A DNA stretch of 61,449 bases, filler included, from Hausera hauseri (GCA_046269625.1; 10 parts of 10 records of this genome joined end to end with filler, not necessarily neighbours in it); one strand, 5' to 3'; positions 13,743 to 26,236 are shown, numbered from the whole stretch's first letter. A program made the numbers and translations. The notes: generated from the sequence alone by a model not told the origin.

Positions 13743-16434
13743 TTATGCAATTACTATAAAATCTTTGCAAAATCCTCCATTAACGTCTTCGATTTTGGAA
13801 TCATGATGGATCATACGAATACTTGGTTCAGCTAATGTGATGGAAGAATTACCAATGCTATTTGCATTGTAAGAAGATCCGAATGATGATGCAGTTGAAA
13901 TCGGGTTGCTATGCTCTTGTCGTGTTCTTACAGGTCGAACAGTTCTCTTCGTAGTTCGTGGTGATAAAGGAGGTTGAAGACTGTTCATTTCAACATCGAG
14001 TTTACTGAGATCCACACGAGCATCCATGTACTGTTTTTTATTGGAAACGAGAATTATTGCTGCTAAATAGCCCTAATTATGAACTGCAGTCAACGAGGCA
14101 TCATCATTCGGATCCACTGGATGATAATCGATATTGTTCGTTACTGATACTTGCTGCACATTCGATTTACGCATAGTATGGTATGGGGATATTACAGAAC
14201 TTGACGAATCATACAAGTAATTATGTCGATCATATTCAAAATTGTCCTTAATTTTTATGATTCGCATGCTGCTAGAAAAGGTCATGCCATTCATTTTTGA
14301 CAAATTGCTGTAATCAACAAATCCACTCGGTTTTAGTGATGTATGACGAGCCAAATTTATCGAAATGGCGTTGTCGAATTGAACTGGACGAAACGCTGAT
14401 GTCTCATTGGTGTTTTGGCTTAATTTATTTGGAAACTTTGGTACTTCTGAGATATTTGAATCTTGGTCGTTGAAGGCATCGAAAAGACTTCGACAACCAG
14501 AAAACGAGTTTTCGGAAGTATATGTACTTTGTAAAAGGCTCATCACTCTTTGCGTGGATTTTGTTGAATCTGTGTCGAAATCACAATTCTTATTTTTAAG
14601 TCTATCTCGAATAGTCATTGATCTAACCGAGACAGAATGTTCAAGAAATTCGAGTCGAAACGAATGGGTATCGGGTCTTGAAAATTACTTTGGGCGTATT
14701 GAACAATTTGCGATACATTCTGACTTATTGTCTCCGACGGTGATGCTGACAAAAAGATAGCTACTTTCAATGTCTCTCGTAGACAAGTTGGGTCGCAATG
14801 TTATGGCTCTGAAAGAAGGTATGAAGAGCAATGCAATACTCTGTTTTAGATCTATGTATCTTATTGAATCTTTCAGTTTCGACTGATCTGACATATAAAC
14901 TCGAGGTAGTCTTTTATTCCATTTACTTTTGCTTTTAGACGACTTAATTTCACTAGGAATCGATCCACCTTTCTCCTTGGATTTACTACTCCTTGAGTCA
15001 ATGGGAAACGTTCTCCGAGAAATGCTATCGTGTTCAAAACTTTCTTTATTGTCAAAGACACTATGCGACAGAGATACAGACATGGAATAATTCGTTCCTT
15101 CAGCGATTTTCTAATCCGCTTTCCTACTGTACATTAATGGAGTGAAATGACCATCGCTCTTTTCTTCTGATTGGATGAAAAAACGAATGTCCGTTTGGCC
15201 GCGATTAATAATTTCATTGTCGAGTGGTCCATCTTGGTATTGCGATTCTGACATTTGATTGTATGAAACGTCCATTCGAATATAATCATCCGCTAATATT
15301 AAACGTTCATCCAAAAGAGCCTGTTGCTCTTCGGGTGCCATAGGCCAGTTATAGTATGTTCTCAAACGATTAGTAACTGTTAACGGCATTATGGCTGGAA
15401 GTTTATTTGTTTCATCGGTATAGAGTCGATAAACGTCTTCTTTCGATGGATCCCTCACCATATAGTTCAAATAATACGTCGGATCAATTGTTTTACCAAA
15501 CCGCTCACCGGGATGAAGAAACCAATCCTGGTTCTTAACATTTTTTATTTCAAATCTCACTGACATTTTTGTGAATCATCATTCGAATGAGAACAGATAC
15601 GGAAGATGAAAGTGTGTTAGGAATGGTGTATTCACCAGCAGCTATTTCATCGGATATTAAAATAATATTTGGGTTATTAAATGGAACCCGACCACAGAGC
15701 ATGAAATACAGACTGATACCGGCACCACATACATCAAGTTTATAACCACAAATATTGGAAGCTCCACCTGCTAACTCTGGTGGTTGAATCGCAGGAGTAA
15801 TCTGACCACCTGTAATAAATGAATTCGGTTGGAAAATATCAAATTTCTCCGAAACGCCAAAATCCGTTATTTTCACCATTTCATGTTCGGTTAACAGAAA
15901 ATTGCCCGGTTTCAAATCTTTATGAATAATCCATTGACTGTGCAAATATTCCACACCAGCAATAACTTGAATGAAATATGAATGAGCTTGCCATTCCGGT
16001 AAACACCCAAACAGATTCGACAACTCCAAAATACCATTTGACTGTAAATCATGAATGGATCCGAGACAAAATTCCTTGACAATACAGCGTCGTTCTGGAT
16101 CGACTTCACGAAAATCGTCAATCAACCGAACGATATTGTTGTGAGACAACAATTTCATTAGCGAAATTTCATTTTCAACATGGCGCATTCCGCCCGGAAT
16201 CTTTATTTTTATTCGACAAACAATCTTTATTGCATATCGCTTTAACGTTCGAATATCAATGGAATCTTTCACTTTCCCATAACTTCCTTGCCCAATTGTG
16301 TCACCTAACAAGTGATAGTCGTGGAGAAATTTTGGTATTTTTCTTTTATTTTTCCAATAACAAACATTCGATTCGTTTATATCGTCATTTAAATTTACAC
16401 CCTCAATTTTCAAAACAGCATCATCGTCTGCCAA
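13743..16434 (-). pseudogene. STK11: Intronless, disrupted LKB1/STK11-like Ser/Thr kinase with long C-terminal tail
   Basis: GQGSYGKVK, KIPGG...EI, QAHSYF, HKDLKPGN, DFGVSE, TPAIQPPE, GYKLDV are LKB1-type motifs. Frameshift near 15560, then in-frame stops at 15111, 14685 and 14073 link five ORFs into one frame; DVW is DVC. Confidence 0.82.
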
Positions 16435-17069
16435 TTGACCAAAATAATCCGCATGATTGTTTCNNNNNNNNNNNNNNNNNNNNNNNNNNNNNNNNNNNNN
16501 NNNNNNNTTAATTAATTAANNNNNNNNNNNNNNNNNNNNNNNNNNNNNNNNNNNNNNNNNNNNCTTCCATTGTATCCAAATCATCGTTGCTGGTCTTTTT
16601 CACCAACAGGTCATATTTCACCGGTTTGATTTTGACCGTTTGCGTCAAAGGCTATTGAATAGCGTTCCGCAGATAATGTAAATTGAATCCATTATACAAT
16701 ATTCTAAGCGAATATTTGCTGTACTGTGGCTTTTTAGAGAGTGTTACCTGCTGAATTGTTTTACAAAGACATTTTCTAAATAAGACAAACGGGAAATGAA
16801 ATTGAATTCATATTTATATCAAATGTTTGTTTTCATTGTAAACAATAGACATCTACTTTGTGAGCATTGTCTCATATCACAATGATACAAATTACCTCCA
16901 TGTTATTGAAGTCAATAGTAATAAATGTGTACAATAATTTTAGTCCATGATTATTATTAAAATAACCTACACTTATTTATGTCTTTTGAATTATTCAACT
17001 GACCAATACTGCCAAACATGACATGAACATTATTTACAGAAAGAAGGAAATACGTACATATATTTATTT

Positions 17070-17562
17070 ATTTGCATGAAACATACAAGTCAATACAAGG
17101 CCGTAGACAATTTTTGTAAGCACAATGTGGTCCATCACCACGATACGAACATCAGATATTGTCATGTACCATCGCCAGAGAGTTATTCGATGTTGTTGAA
17201 TACGTCATCATTCGTAACTGGGGAAAATGTGAATGGAGTTGTGTAAACTTTTGCCAGTCAATTTGATCTTTAGTGTAAAATATTTTATTTTCAATGTCAA
17301 AACAATCAGAAATTTCTTTCATAATATACGGCGCACAAAACGTTGAATTGCCTTCATACCAATGAAGTCCATGACGATGTCGAAAGAGAAATCAATTTGT
17401 AATTTTCGCTTTTTCCATCAGGTTTTCCCACACAATACCGGGCTTGAATATGTACATAAACGGTTCGAAAATGTTACCGACGTCCATAGTACATAATTCC
17501 ATTATTATGTACCGAGCATTATCATCCTGGAAAGCTTAAATATCTATAAATCCTGTCGCCAT
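17070..17562 (-). pseudogene. DEDD-superfamily exonuclease-like small protein of the type associated with Polinton/pPolB elements (3 in-frame stops)
   Basis: Manual translation MATGFIDI*AFQDDNARYIIMELCT...YIFKPGIVWENLMEKAKITN*FLFRHRHGLHWYEG...FYTKD...CSY..GPHCAYKNCL fits the D-x-[EQ]-x-F / IxxEL / FKP / HGLxWxxG / CAxxN pattern; absent from the ORF track. Confidence 0.65.
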
Positions 17563-17659
17563 TACTTATCTGAGACAAAAACATTTTTGTTTATAACACA
17601 AGCAAAACAACTAACCAACATTATTATTATCACAATCATTAAACATAGGTGGTTTTGTC

Positions 17660-18092
17660 CACATTCTTTGCGTTCATTTCGTGTCGATTCATTAATATTA
17701 TTCGGTGACATTACACTGAATTCCACCTCCTCATTGCGAAGAAAAACGATTTGTACGATTGCACTGCCTTTCGAAAAAGCATACAATTCCCCGGATTGGT
17801 TTTCCAACAGCACCTTAATTTCACCACGAAAGTTTGAATCAATGACACCGCCGCCACCCACAACCGTCAGTCCGAGTTTTTCCGGTCCACTTTTCGATAA
17901 AAGTTGGCCGTATTAACCGGTGGAATCGCCAATCGAATCCCAGTCGTTATGCATTTGATTGTGCTGTCCGAAATTGTCGTATTGACATTGGAAAACACGT
18001 CGTAGACTTCAATGTTTGTTGTAACACATCTCGGTATAAAGGCATTTTCGTCTGTTAAGATAATCTTTGCATCATTCATTATCATTATTCCT
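17660..18092 (-). pseudogene. dut: dUTPase (frameshifted, motif V missing)
   Basis: ENAFIPR...YDVFS...ITTGIRLAIPP, then frameshift to YGQLLSKSG...GGVIDSNFRGEIKVLL...KGSAIVQIVF. Confidence 0.88.
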
Positions 18093-18179
18093 ATGCCAAT
18101 ATTAAAATTAAACGTATATATATACTCGTTATTTGGGTTAATGAAAGAAGAAAAAGAACGGTAAAACAACATCGTTTAT

Positions 18180-18860
18180 TAATAATTAAAATGTGCTTCA
18201 CCTATACGACAAATCGGGTTTTGGGTATCAGCTTTTTCCTTGTATCATTGCAATTTAATGTTCAGTCGGCACTTTAAATCATCATCGGGTACATAAAACA
18301 TTTCGCGACGGATAAAGTCAAACAATTTTGTTTTTTGCGCCGGTAAATCTACTTGATGTTGCACGGTCGTTTTGTTCAACTTTAAATTCACGTTTAATTG
18401 ATGTAGAGCATTAGAAATTTTATCCAAATTTTCACTCGAAAGCCGTTTTACACAACATATGTACTTGTGTGCACATAGAGACATGGGTTCATTCAATAAA
18501 ATCAGTACGGGCGTTTTCAGAAAACGCATTTTATACTTGCGAAAAATTCATTTCGGTAAAAATATCTGTGTTTGGTGCGATGATGGTTTTGAATTTTATT
18601 TACGCATTCTAATTTTTGCATTGTGCATTTGTAACGCAGTTTTTATGCTGCTGCTGATTTCTGAGCAAGTGCCTTTTTCGTTTCCAGACAATCGCCATTA
18701 GAAGGTTTTTCTAATTGTTGGAGAGATTTTGTTTTCATTTCCAGCTGCTTGACATTAGAATTATCCTTTTTGTAGCCAAACAGCCACGCCCAATCTGAAC
18801 TTTCATCATTCTTACAACACCATCATCATTATTGAATAGAATTGTTTTGTCGTCGTCGTC
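18180..18860 (-). pseudogene. Unknown decayed ORF (~200 aa) within the pPolB cassette
   Basis: ORF 18245-18529 extends both ways through isolated stops (ESSDWAWLFGYKK...FRKYKMRFLKTPVL...FDFIRREMFYVPDDDLKCRL); same strand as neighbours. Confidence 0.4.
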
Positions 18861-18929
18861 GTCTTCTATGGCAGTAATGTTTGAATGAGCATGGAAATGG
18901 TTTTTGTAGTTTGTTGTGCAATGTACGTT

Positions 18930-19307
18930 ATTTTGATTTACTAAAACATTTATGTGGTTTTTAATTTGATTAATAATCGGTTCATAGTCCACTGCCCGAA
19001 TACCGAGTACAACAATTTTTCCACTGCTGAACACTGACACAAAGTGGGCTAAACGATGTCAGTCTCAGTGCAGGAAACAGTTCGTGTTCATACGTATATT
19101 TAGTAGTGGCCATAGCTAATTTGTACAGATTGATTGTCTGGTAGTCTAACTGAGTCGTTACCATTATTGATTGGATTTGGTCAATGACAAGTCCGAATTG
19201 CAGTAGTTTACTGTTACCGTCAGCTGTGATTGGTTTGAGACAATCAATAATAAAACACTTTCCCGATTGAAATACGATGCATGTAAAATCCGGTGGACAC
19301 TTTAGTT
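18930..19307 (-). pseudogene. Divergent TATA-box-binding protein (TBP)-like gene, one frameshift, 5' end missing
   Basis: FTCIVFQSGKCFI (repeat 1 IFxSGK), IQSIMVTTQLDYQTINLYKLA, YTYEHELFPALRL (YEPELFPGL equivalent), then a frameshift near 19035 to VFSSGKIVVLG (repeat 2). Confidence 0.8.
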
Positions 19308-19524
19308 TTTAGCGTATGATGATTAATACAATTTATTGATTTTGTTTGTTTGTTCGTTTTTCGTCACAGTAAGTTAAATATAAAGATACTTTAAATGATA
19401 ATAATAATAATAAAACAAAAGGCAAAACAATGAAGAATATACACTATTTATAAAACGTAGATTACAACAAAATGTCATAGTCAATTGATCTGTCTGCACC
19501 GAATTCTGCACGCGCGTGCGTGTT

Positions 19525-20993
19525 TTATTTCAAACGCCAATGTCCGTACACCAAACTGTTATTTCACCCCACCCGCTTACGCTTATCATCATTGCATGAT
19601 AAAGCGACTTTTTTGTTCGTTACCGTATACAACTTGTGCTCAATCGATCGGATGATCGTTAGTGACACAACAGCCTTTGATTCACCTCCTCCTCCTTCTT
19701 CATATATACGACGATAATCACCACGGCCGATTTCCGTCTGTCTCAGCTGGACTCCTTTTGCCTGCATTTTCGGTCCACTCTCCGTCAGAAAACTGTAGCA
19801 CTTTGGACGTAGAAATATCCATTCCCGATACTGAACTCTGCATTCACTTTCACTATGAAGCAGCCGATTTTGTTGGTGATCGCGGTGCTGTGCAACGGGT
19901 GATCAGATGGATAGTTGGACGTGTCAAGTAGTCCATCTGCCATCTTTTGCCGGAGTAGTTGGTCGCGGTTTACGTTTTTCAGCTGAAGGAAAATCTGTCT
20001 GTGTCACAGGCAACGATACAAATATCTCACAGACATCGAACATTTACCGGTAACGTGCCAAGTCGCGATATTGGAGCTCGTACATTTGCAACTTGCTCAG
20101 ATCCCATAGCACTTGTCCGATGTAATTTGGCCGGTCCAGAACGACTTCTTCCCGGTTTAACAACACAGCAACCAATCCAACAGAAATGTGCATTAACCGC
20201 CGAAACTGCACCTTAATCATGGATGTGACCAACCGCTTTTCGCTATTGCATAGGCGTGCATTGAGCCGCTTTTTAGATTCTCCACTGTTTTTTCATACAG
20301 GGAATTGTTTTTCAGCTTGTAATAATCCTTTTCAAACTTTGTGCAAGCTGCGGCTCGTTTCTCCGATTTTCCATATATGTACGCCTTGGTTATAGGAGCT
20401 GACCGAATCGGATTGCACGATGCAGCTGTGTGACGCGTACATTCAACTGCATGTAGAACTGTAGCAGACGCCAATGGACCACGTAATTCAGCTTCGCTTC
20501 ATGCGTCATAAACAGTTTCTTTACTTTTGAGCCTGGCGAACATTGGTTAAATGGTGCGACTGGTAAATCGTTCAAAAACCTCATGAAGCTCATCTGGTAC
20601 TACGATATCGACCTACACCAGGTATTCGACTGAGCCTGCCATATCTACTCGTGGTAGGTTGACCAATATGTTGTCCAGGTCTTGTCTTTCGACTACCCAT
20701 TAGAATGAAGCGTACGGCAAGGGTTGCAAAAGCGTCCAGCCGTACAGGTTATTAATATCAATATACAGCAGTGACGAGGTATCGGCGGTAGCACTGACCT
20801 GATGCTTGTTGACAAATGTCATGCCGCCGCAAATACGAACATCAAACAGCCGGTATATTTGCAGATCTTGCAGCAGCTCAATGTCTTGATCCAGTGACAT
20901 TAGAGCTGACGCCAAACTCATTCCCGGTATGGAATAAAAGTTGAGCGGCTCCAGCCTATCTTCCTCCAACGCTTTCGCTCGAAACGCCTGAAA
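19525..20993 (-). mobile_element. Protein-primed family-B DNA polymerase (pPolB, Polinton/Maverick-type), decayed C-terminal part
   Basis: GGMTFVNKH, LLYIDINNLYGW (motif A), YKLKNNSLYEKTVEN (motif B), PNYIGQVLWDLSKLQMY, DTD (motif C), LDTSNYP, LRPKCYS, AKGV, DDKR...YGH; frameshifts. Confidence 0.92.
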
Positions 20994-21093
20994 NNNNNNN
21001 NNNNNNNNNNNNNNNNNNNNNNNNNNNNNNNNNNNNNTTAATTAATTAANNNNNNNNNNNNNNNNNNNNNNNNNNNNNNNNNNNNNNNNNNNN

Positions 21094-22973
21094 GGACATG
21101 AGAACTTTCTTAGTCACACTCCACTTCATCCACAAATACGTATCGCATTGCTCTGAGTTTACAGCACCTTTCGCACATCTGTCATCTGGAAAAAGAGGCA
21201 GTTGATCCATTGGATTCCTGATTTGGTAACCAAGTTTGATCACTTGCACGAAAGTCTTAAAACCGTAGAAATACTGGCTTATCCGAAACCCAAGGCAGAT
21301 CTTATACTTAACTGATGCCTCAACCAGAGCTAGTGGTGCTGTACTGCACCAGATCTCTAATGGCGTCAACGAGCTATTAGAATATTATTCTAGGAAGCTT
21401 ACACAACCCGAGAGCCGTTATTCCACATTTGACCGCGAGTTACTCGCCATAGTTCTGACAGTAAAACATTTCAAACATCTATTTATCTTTTGTCCATTTG
21501 TCATTCAAACTGACCACAAGCCTCTGCTAAATATCATGTCGTTAAAACAGCCATCACCGAGTCAAGAGCGACATATATCATACCTGTCTACTTTCAGCTT
21601 TGTTTTGGAATACATTTCAGGCACAGATAATCTGGTAGCAGATTTTCTATCGAGGTCGGTTGGCTCCATCACAGTTGACCCAATTTTGGCAAATCTACCG
21701 TCTGCTGACCTACTTAGTTCCTTCAAATCTTTCGAGATCATCGATGGCATTGCTTATACATGTCAAATACCGGTAATAAAAAGATCATCATAGCACAACC
21801 TTTACAAAAGCCATCTTTCGTTCATACGCATTCAGTTCATCACCCAGGTTCGAAAGCTACCTTTCGCCTGCTGCAACGTCATGTAGTTTGGCCATCAATG
21901 CGCAAAGGTGTACAGGACTGGGTTAAAGAATGCATGGCCTGTCAAAAATACAAAATCAACAAACACCTTAAACCACCACTTTACCACTTTCCCTGTACAT
22001 CACACTTTCATACAGTTCATCTTGATTTAGTTGGTTCTTTACCTGCCGACAACGGGTATCAACACATACATATTATGATTGATCGTGCTTCTCGTTGACC
22101 TGAAGCCGTTCCTCTTCGTTCGACAAACACTGATTCAGTAGCCGACGCTTTTATTAAAATCTGGATCAGTCGCTTTGGTTCCCCACGTTACATAATAACG
22201 GATCAAGGTCCACAATTTGAGTCTGAACTTTTCAAATCACTTGTCAAACGCTTGGGGATATCCCATTTTTATAATACTCCATATCATCCTTAAACAAACG
22301 GCCTTCTTGAAAGGTTCCATCGTACAATGAAAGTCTCTAAAAATCTTGTCTGACGCTCATTGCAATTGGACGTCCATTTTACCTTTTGTTCTATTAGGGT
22401 GGCGCAACACAGCTTCGACCACTACCGGTTGTGCTCCAGCTGAAGCACATTGGGACTCCAATTCGAGCCTTATTTGAACTTTATGATCTCGACAACAACC
22501 CCACAGACGAAAACATTCGTGCGGCACAATCTCACTTTGTCGAGGTCAACTCAGATTCATTCTGTTGCCTTTTTAACAACAAATGCTATATTCCGAAGGA
22601 TTTGTATTCCGCCAAGTTTGTGTGGTTGAAGGATCAATCGCCTTCAGATTTTAGACCTCAATATATTGGCCCGTACAAACTGCTGAATCTTTCATCTCAT
22701 ACAGCTACCGTTTTACGCCAAGATAAACCGTACAACGTTCACATTTCGAATCTGAAGGCTGCCTTCTTCATTGACGACATTCCAGATACCAATTCTACAT
22801 TCAATTCAAACTCAGCTAGCACTTCTACTGATTTTCTAAATGATTTTTCATCACCACCAATTACATCGCCTTTTTTGCTGGACTCATCTTCGCTACCATC
22901 TCCATCACAAACTATTACTCAACAACCCAACACAAATCGTCCAAGAATACTTACCAGTCGTGCAGAAAGGTAA
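21094..22973 (+). mobile_element. Ty3/gypsy pol remnant (RT end, RNaseH, integrase)
   Basis: TDASTRASGAVL, YSTFDRELLAI, HSVHHPG...CMACQK (HHCC), VHLDLVG, ITDQGPQFES, NGLLERFHR, QYIGPYK (GPY/F); same family as 9047-12170 and 28700-32465. Confidence 0.9.
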
Positions 22974-23049
22974 CCTAAGAGACTTGTGACAGCACATCGT
23001 CTCACAACTTTATCAAATTATCATTCAATGTGGGCCCTGTCATGATTAG

Positions 23050-23877
23050 CATTGCCACAGCTCGGCGTGTATTACATCGTCATGAGTTTTTCGGCAGCTC
23101 CTGTTCCAGGAAGCCATTAATTATGGAGAATAATCGAAAACATCGCCTGAGATGGTACCTGAGAAGACGGAATTGAACTGCTGAGCAGTGGCGCTCAGTA
23201 ATTTGGAGTCATGAGTCGCGTTTTACGCTTTTCAAGCCTGATGGACGAGAGACCTGTTTTCGGAATGTAGGAAAGAGGTTTTATCTTAAATTCATTCAGC
23301 CTACTGTGAAACATGGTTGAGGCTCAATCATGTTTTGGAGCTATTTCACAAGCAACGGAACTGGACTTCTGGTTAAATGCAGCAGCCACATGACATCAAC
23401 ATAGTACCGCGAAATCCTGGATTATGAGTTGGTACCCTTTCTTCCTGAAGTGGTGAGACTTTCCAACAGGATAACTCACACGTTCACACCTCACATGCTA
23501 TGATAGCATTTTTTCCAAGATCATGGAATTCGGGTGTTGGATTGGGTTCCTCAGAGCCCTGACCTAAATCCTATCGAATTCCTGTGGAATGTGGTCGGTC
23601 GCTAGGTTCGCAAAAGGTCTCCAGCTGCTCGAAATTTGGCTCAGCTGGAATGTCACCTGCGTGAGAAATAGTTACAAATCTCTCCAGAATTTCTACTCCG
23701 AGTGGTGGAGTCCATTCCAAAACGAATTCGAATGGTGATCCGTATGAATGGTAATGCCACAAAATACTGATTTATTATATAACACTGCATACCATCGTTC
23801 AATTGTATTGTATCTGTATAATTATACCAAAGTATGTCATGTCATACTTGACTGCTGACTTTTGCGAGGGTGGGGTA
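23050..23877 (+). mobile_element. Decayed Tc1 (DD34E) transposase
   Basis: RKPLI...RLRW, VIWSHESRF, PTVKHG*GSIMFW, FQQDN, WVPQSPDLNPIEFLW. Confidence 0.88.
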
Positions 23878-24928
23878 CAAAAAGGGTTTTTCCAATACCA
23901 CTTTGCCCAACTATCTGGAATACTGCATTGTTGTTAAGATCCATTTTTAATTACGTGTATCAATATTGTCTTCTTTTAAATTCATCTTTAATGTTCGTAA
24001 TGCATATGGTTCGATCTATATGTTCTATATAGTCTTGTTTTATTAAACAGTAGTAACGTTGTATTTCATTTAGGAATTGGATATAATCAGTTTCCGCTTC
24101 TAACTCCATTTTATTTAAACTGTATTTAACGTTTGTTTATTAAAAAGTGAAAATACTAACAATATTTATTAACATTACAATTTTTAACAACAACGAATTT
24201 CTACAAGTTTCCAGACGGGTTCACTTTTCCCATCTTCTTTTATTCCTTGAATACATACATTAATATATGCCATTGTGTATTGGAATAGATCCATTGTTGA
24301 TACCTTATAGCCCATAAAATCCTTGATTATGGGTCGGAGCAAAAATATTGCGCGCGATTATCATTTAACTTGTCATCAGGACTTGTACCAATTGTTTGTA
24401 ATTCTGCAGCGATACTGATGTAGTTTTTATCTGTAATGTTCGTCACATGTAATCAAAACTTGCTTTGCCTAATATGTACTGAATCATGTAGCTCAAATGT
24501 TCTTGTATATTTTAGAAAACTTATATAGTATTCGATATAGTTTGTCGAAGTCTTCATTTGAGGCACCTGGATTTCATGGCATCTTGATTCATCATACCAT
24601 TTTAGTTCCGTCTTTATAAGAATATGCAATGTCCAACTGTTCCTTCAGCTTTCTCATGTACTCAATCGGGCATTCCGTCTTATTACAGTTTGGGGACTTC
24701 AACACTTCATCAATCGTTTCACCAAATGTCACATCATCCGGATTCTAAATAGATATAATTCTGGAGAGTAGAGTTAAAAACTCATTATTCGCCGAAAGGA
24801 ATTTTGAAATAATGAAAAATATAACAATGTCAACATGCAATATCTTGATTTATCGGTATTTTAAAAAATTATCGCTTTAAATTTCAAGTTTATTGATTTT
24901 TAATTGAAATTTATAGATTTTTCCAGTA

Positions 24929-25085
24929 TATAAATCACTACTTTCACACAGTCATCTCATTTAAAAAAACAGCAAAATGCTGAGCAATATTAATTACAAG
25001 GGCTTCACTACAGATTCTTTAGGTGGATTTCAATTCAGAAGTAAGCCTAAACAATGTGTTTTAGGATATGCGGGATATACAAGTT
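24929..25085 (+). pseudogene. Possible N-terminal fragment of a second TBP-like gene with TATA box and CAGT upstream
   Basis: TATAAA at 24929, CAGT at ~24949, ATG at 24977; MLSNINYKG...FRSKPKQCVLGYAGYT could be the first strands of a TBP repeat, then similarity stops. Confidence 0.3.
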
Positions 25086-26236
25086 ATGGTGCCATGGTCG
25101 CTGGCACAGCTCGATTTCTCGCCAGAATGTTAGTCGTCAACGTAATGCTGCTGATGGTAAGAAACAACCGTTTCATCCGACATATCAATTTCCACCACCA
25201 CTTATTTCCAAAAGTGAATCATCCAGAGGACATATCGACCAGTATTAACACCAGTGAGTCAGTTATATCATGTCGAACTTCTTCAATATTCCTTCCAGCA
25301 GGCTGAATTTTTATTGATAAATTTTCATTTGTCTTTGCAGAGTAATCACATTTTTAACGAAAACTACTCATTTTCCAATTTAATGCCAGCGCTCGGTTTT
25401 TTGTGAAAACGTCTGATTTATGGAATAACAAAATTGGAATAAACTGTTTATTTGTATATTGTGTATTTTTATCTTGTTTATGGTATCTAACCTTGCTTAT
25501 TTTGTTCACCTTTTTTCTTTCTGACTATTTATTGCCCTTTACCATGTTGTAAATATTGAAATAATTGTGATAATGATTAATGGTTTTTTATCATTTGAAA
25601 TTTTGAATAATAGAGTTTCTTATCGCTTGGATATCTTCTTTCTTATTCATTTTGTACATAACAGTTTTTTCTCCTCATTGGAATTAATTTAGAACCATTA
25701 CTACATAAAAAATGGTGTCATAAGAGTCGGTTGCTGAATATAAAATTTCTTTTGATTGCTCCGATCAGTTAGCTCTCGCAATTCATGATTCTAACCAAAC
25801 GGCAATCCAAACACCTTTTGATACATGTTTATGGTCGTTCACATATAGGTTGTGGGNNNNNNNNNNNNNNNNNNNNNNNNNNNNNNNNNNNNNNNNNNNN
25901 TTAATTAATTAANNNNNNNNNNNNNNNNNNNNNNNNNNNNNNNNNNNNNNNNNNNNTGCCTTATATACTTTTTGCCAACCTCTTCTTTTTGAAGCAGACG
26001 GTATGAAACTGCTAAAATATGGAAAACTTTTAATGCACAAATGATTTTAGGGGTGCGCAGGTAAAAAAATAAAATGACACATGATTTTTTGATACATATA
26101 TAAATACACGCATTCATGCACACACAGCATTACCTATAAATGTGACCTTCAACCAGTTTGATTTCTCTTTTCAAAAAACTGTCAAATGTCAATTTTGTTT
26201 CAGGAAATTTTCATTTTTTTACATTAGTTTTTGAAA

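Noticed and set aside
13743-15113. In-frame TAA/TAG in the LKB1 tail as stop-codon reassignment or readthrough
   Set aside because: The same copy has a frameshift and damaged kinase motifs, and the Cav gene and 813-aa ORF show no internal stops in the exons traced; ordinary decay explains it.
24190-24745. Protein-like minus-strand stretch
   Set aside because: Multiple stops and no recognisable family.
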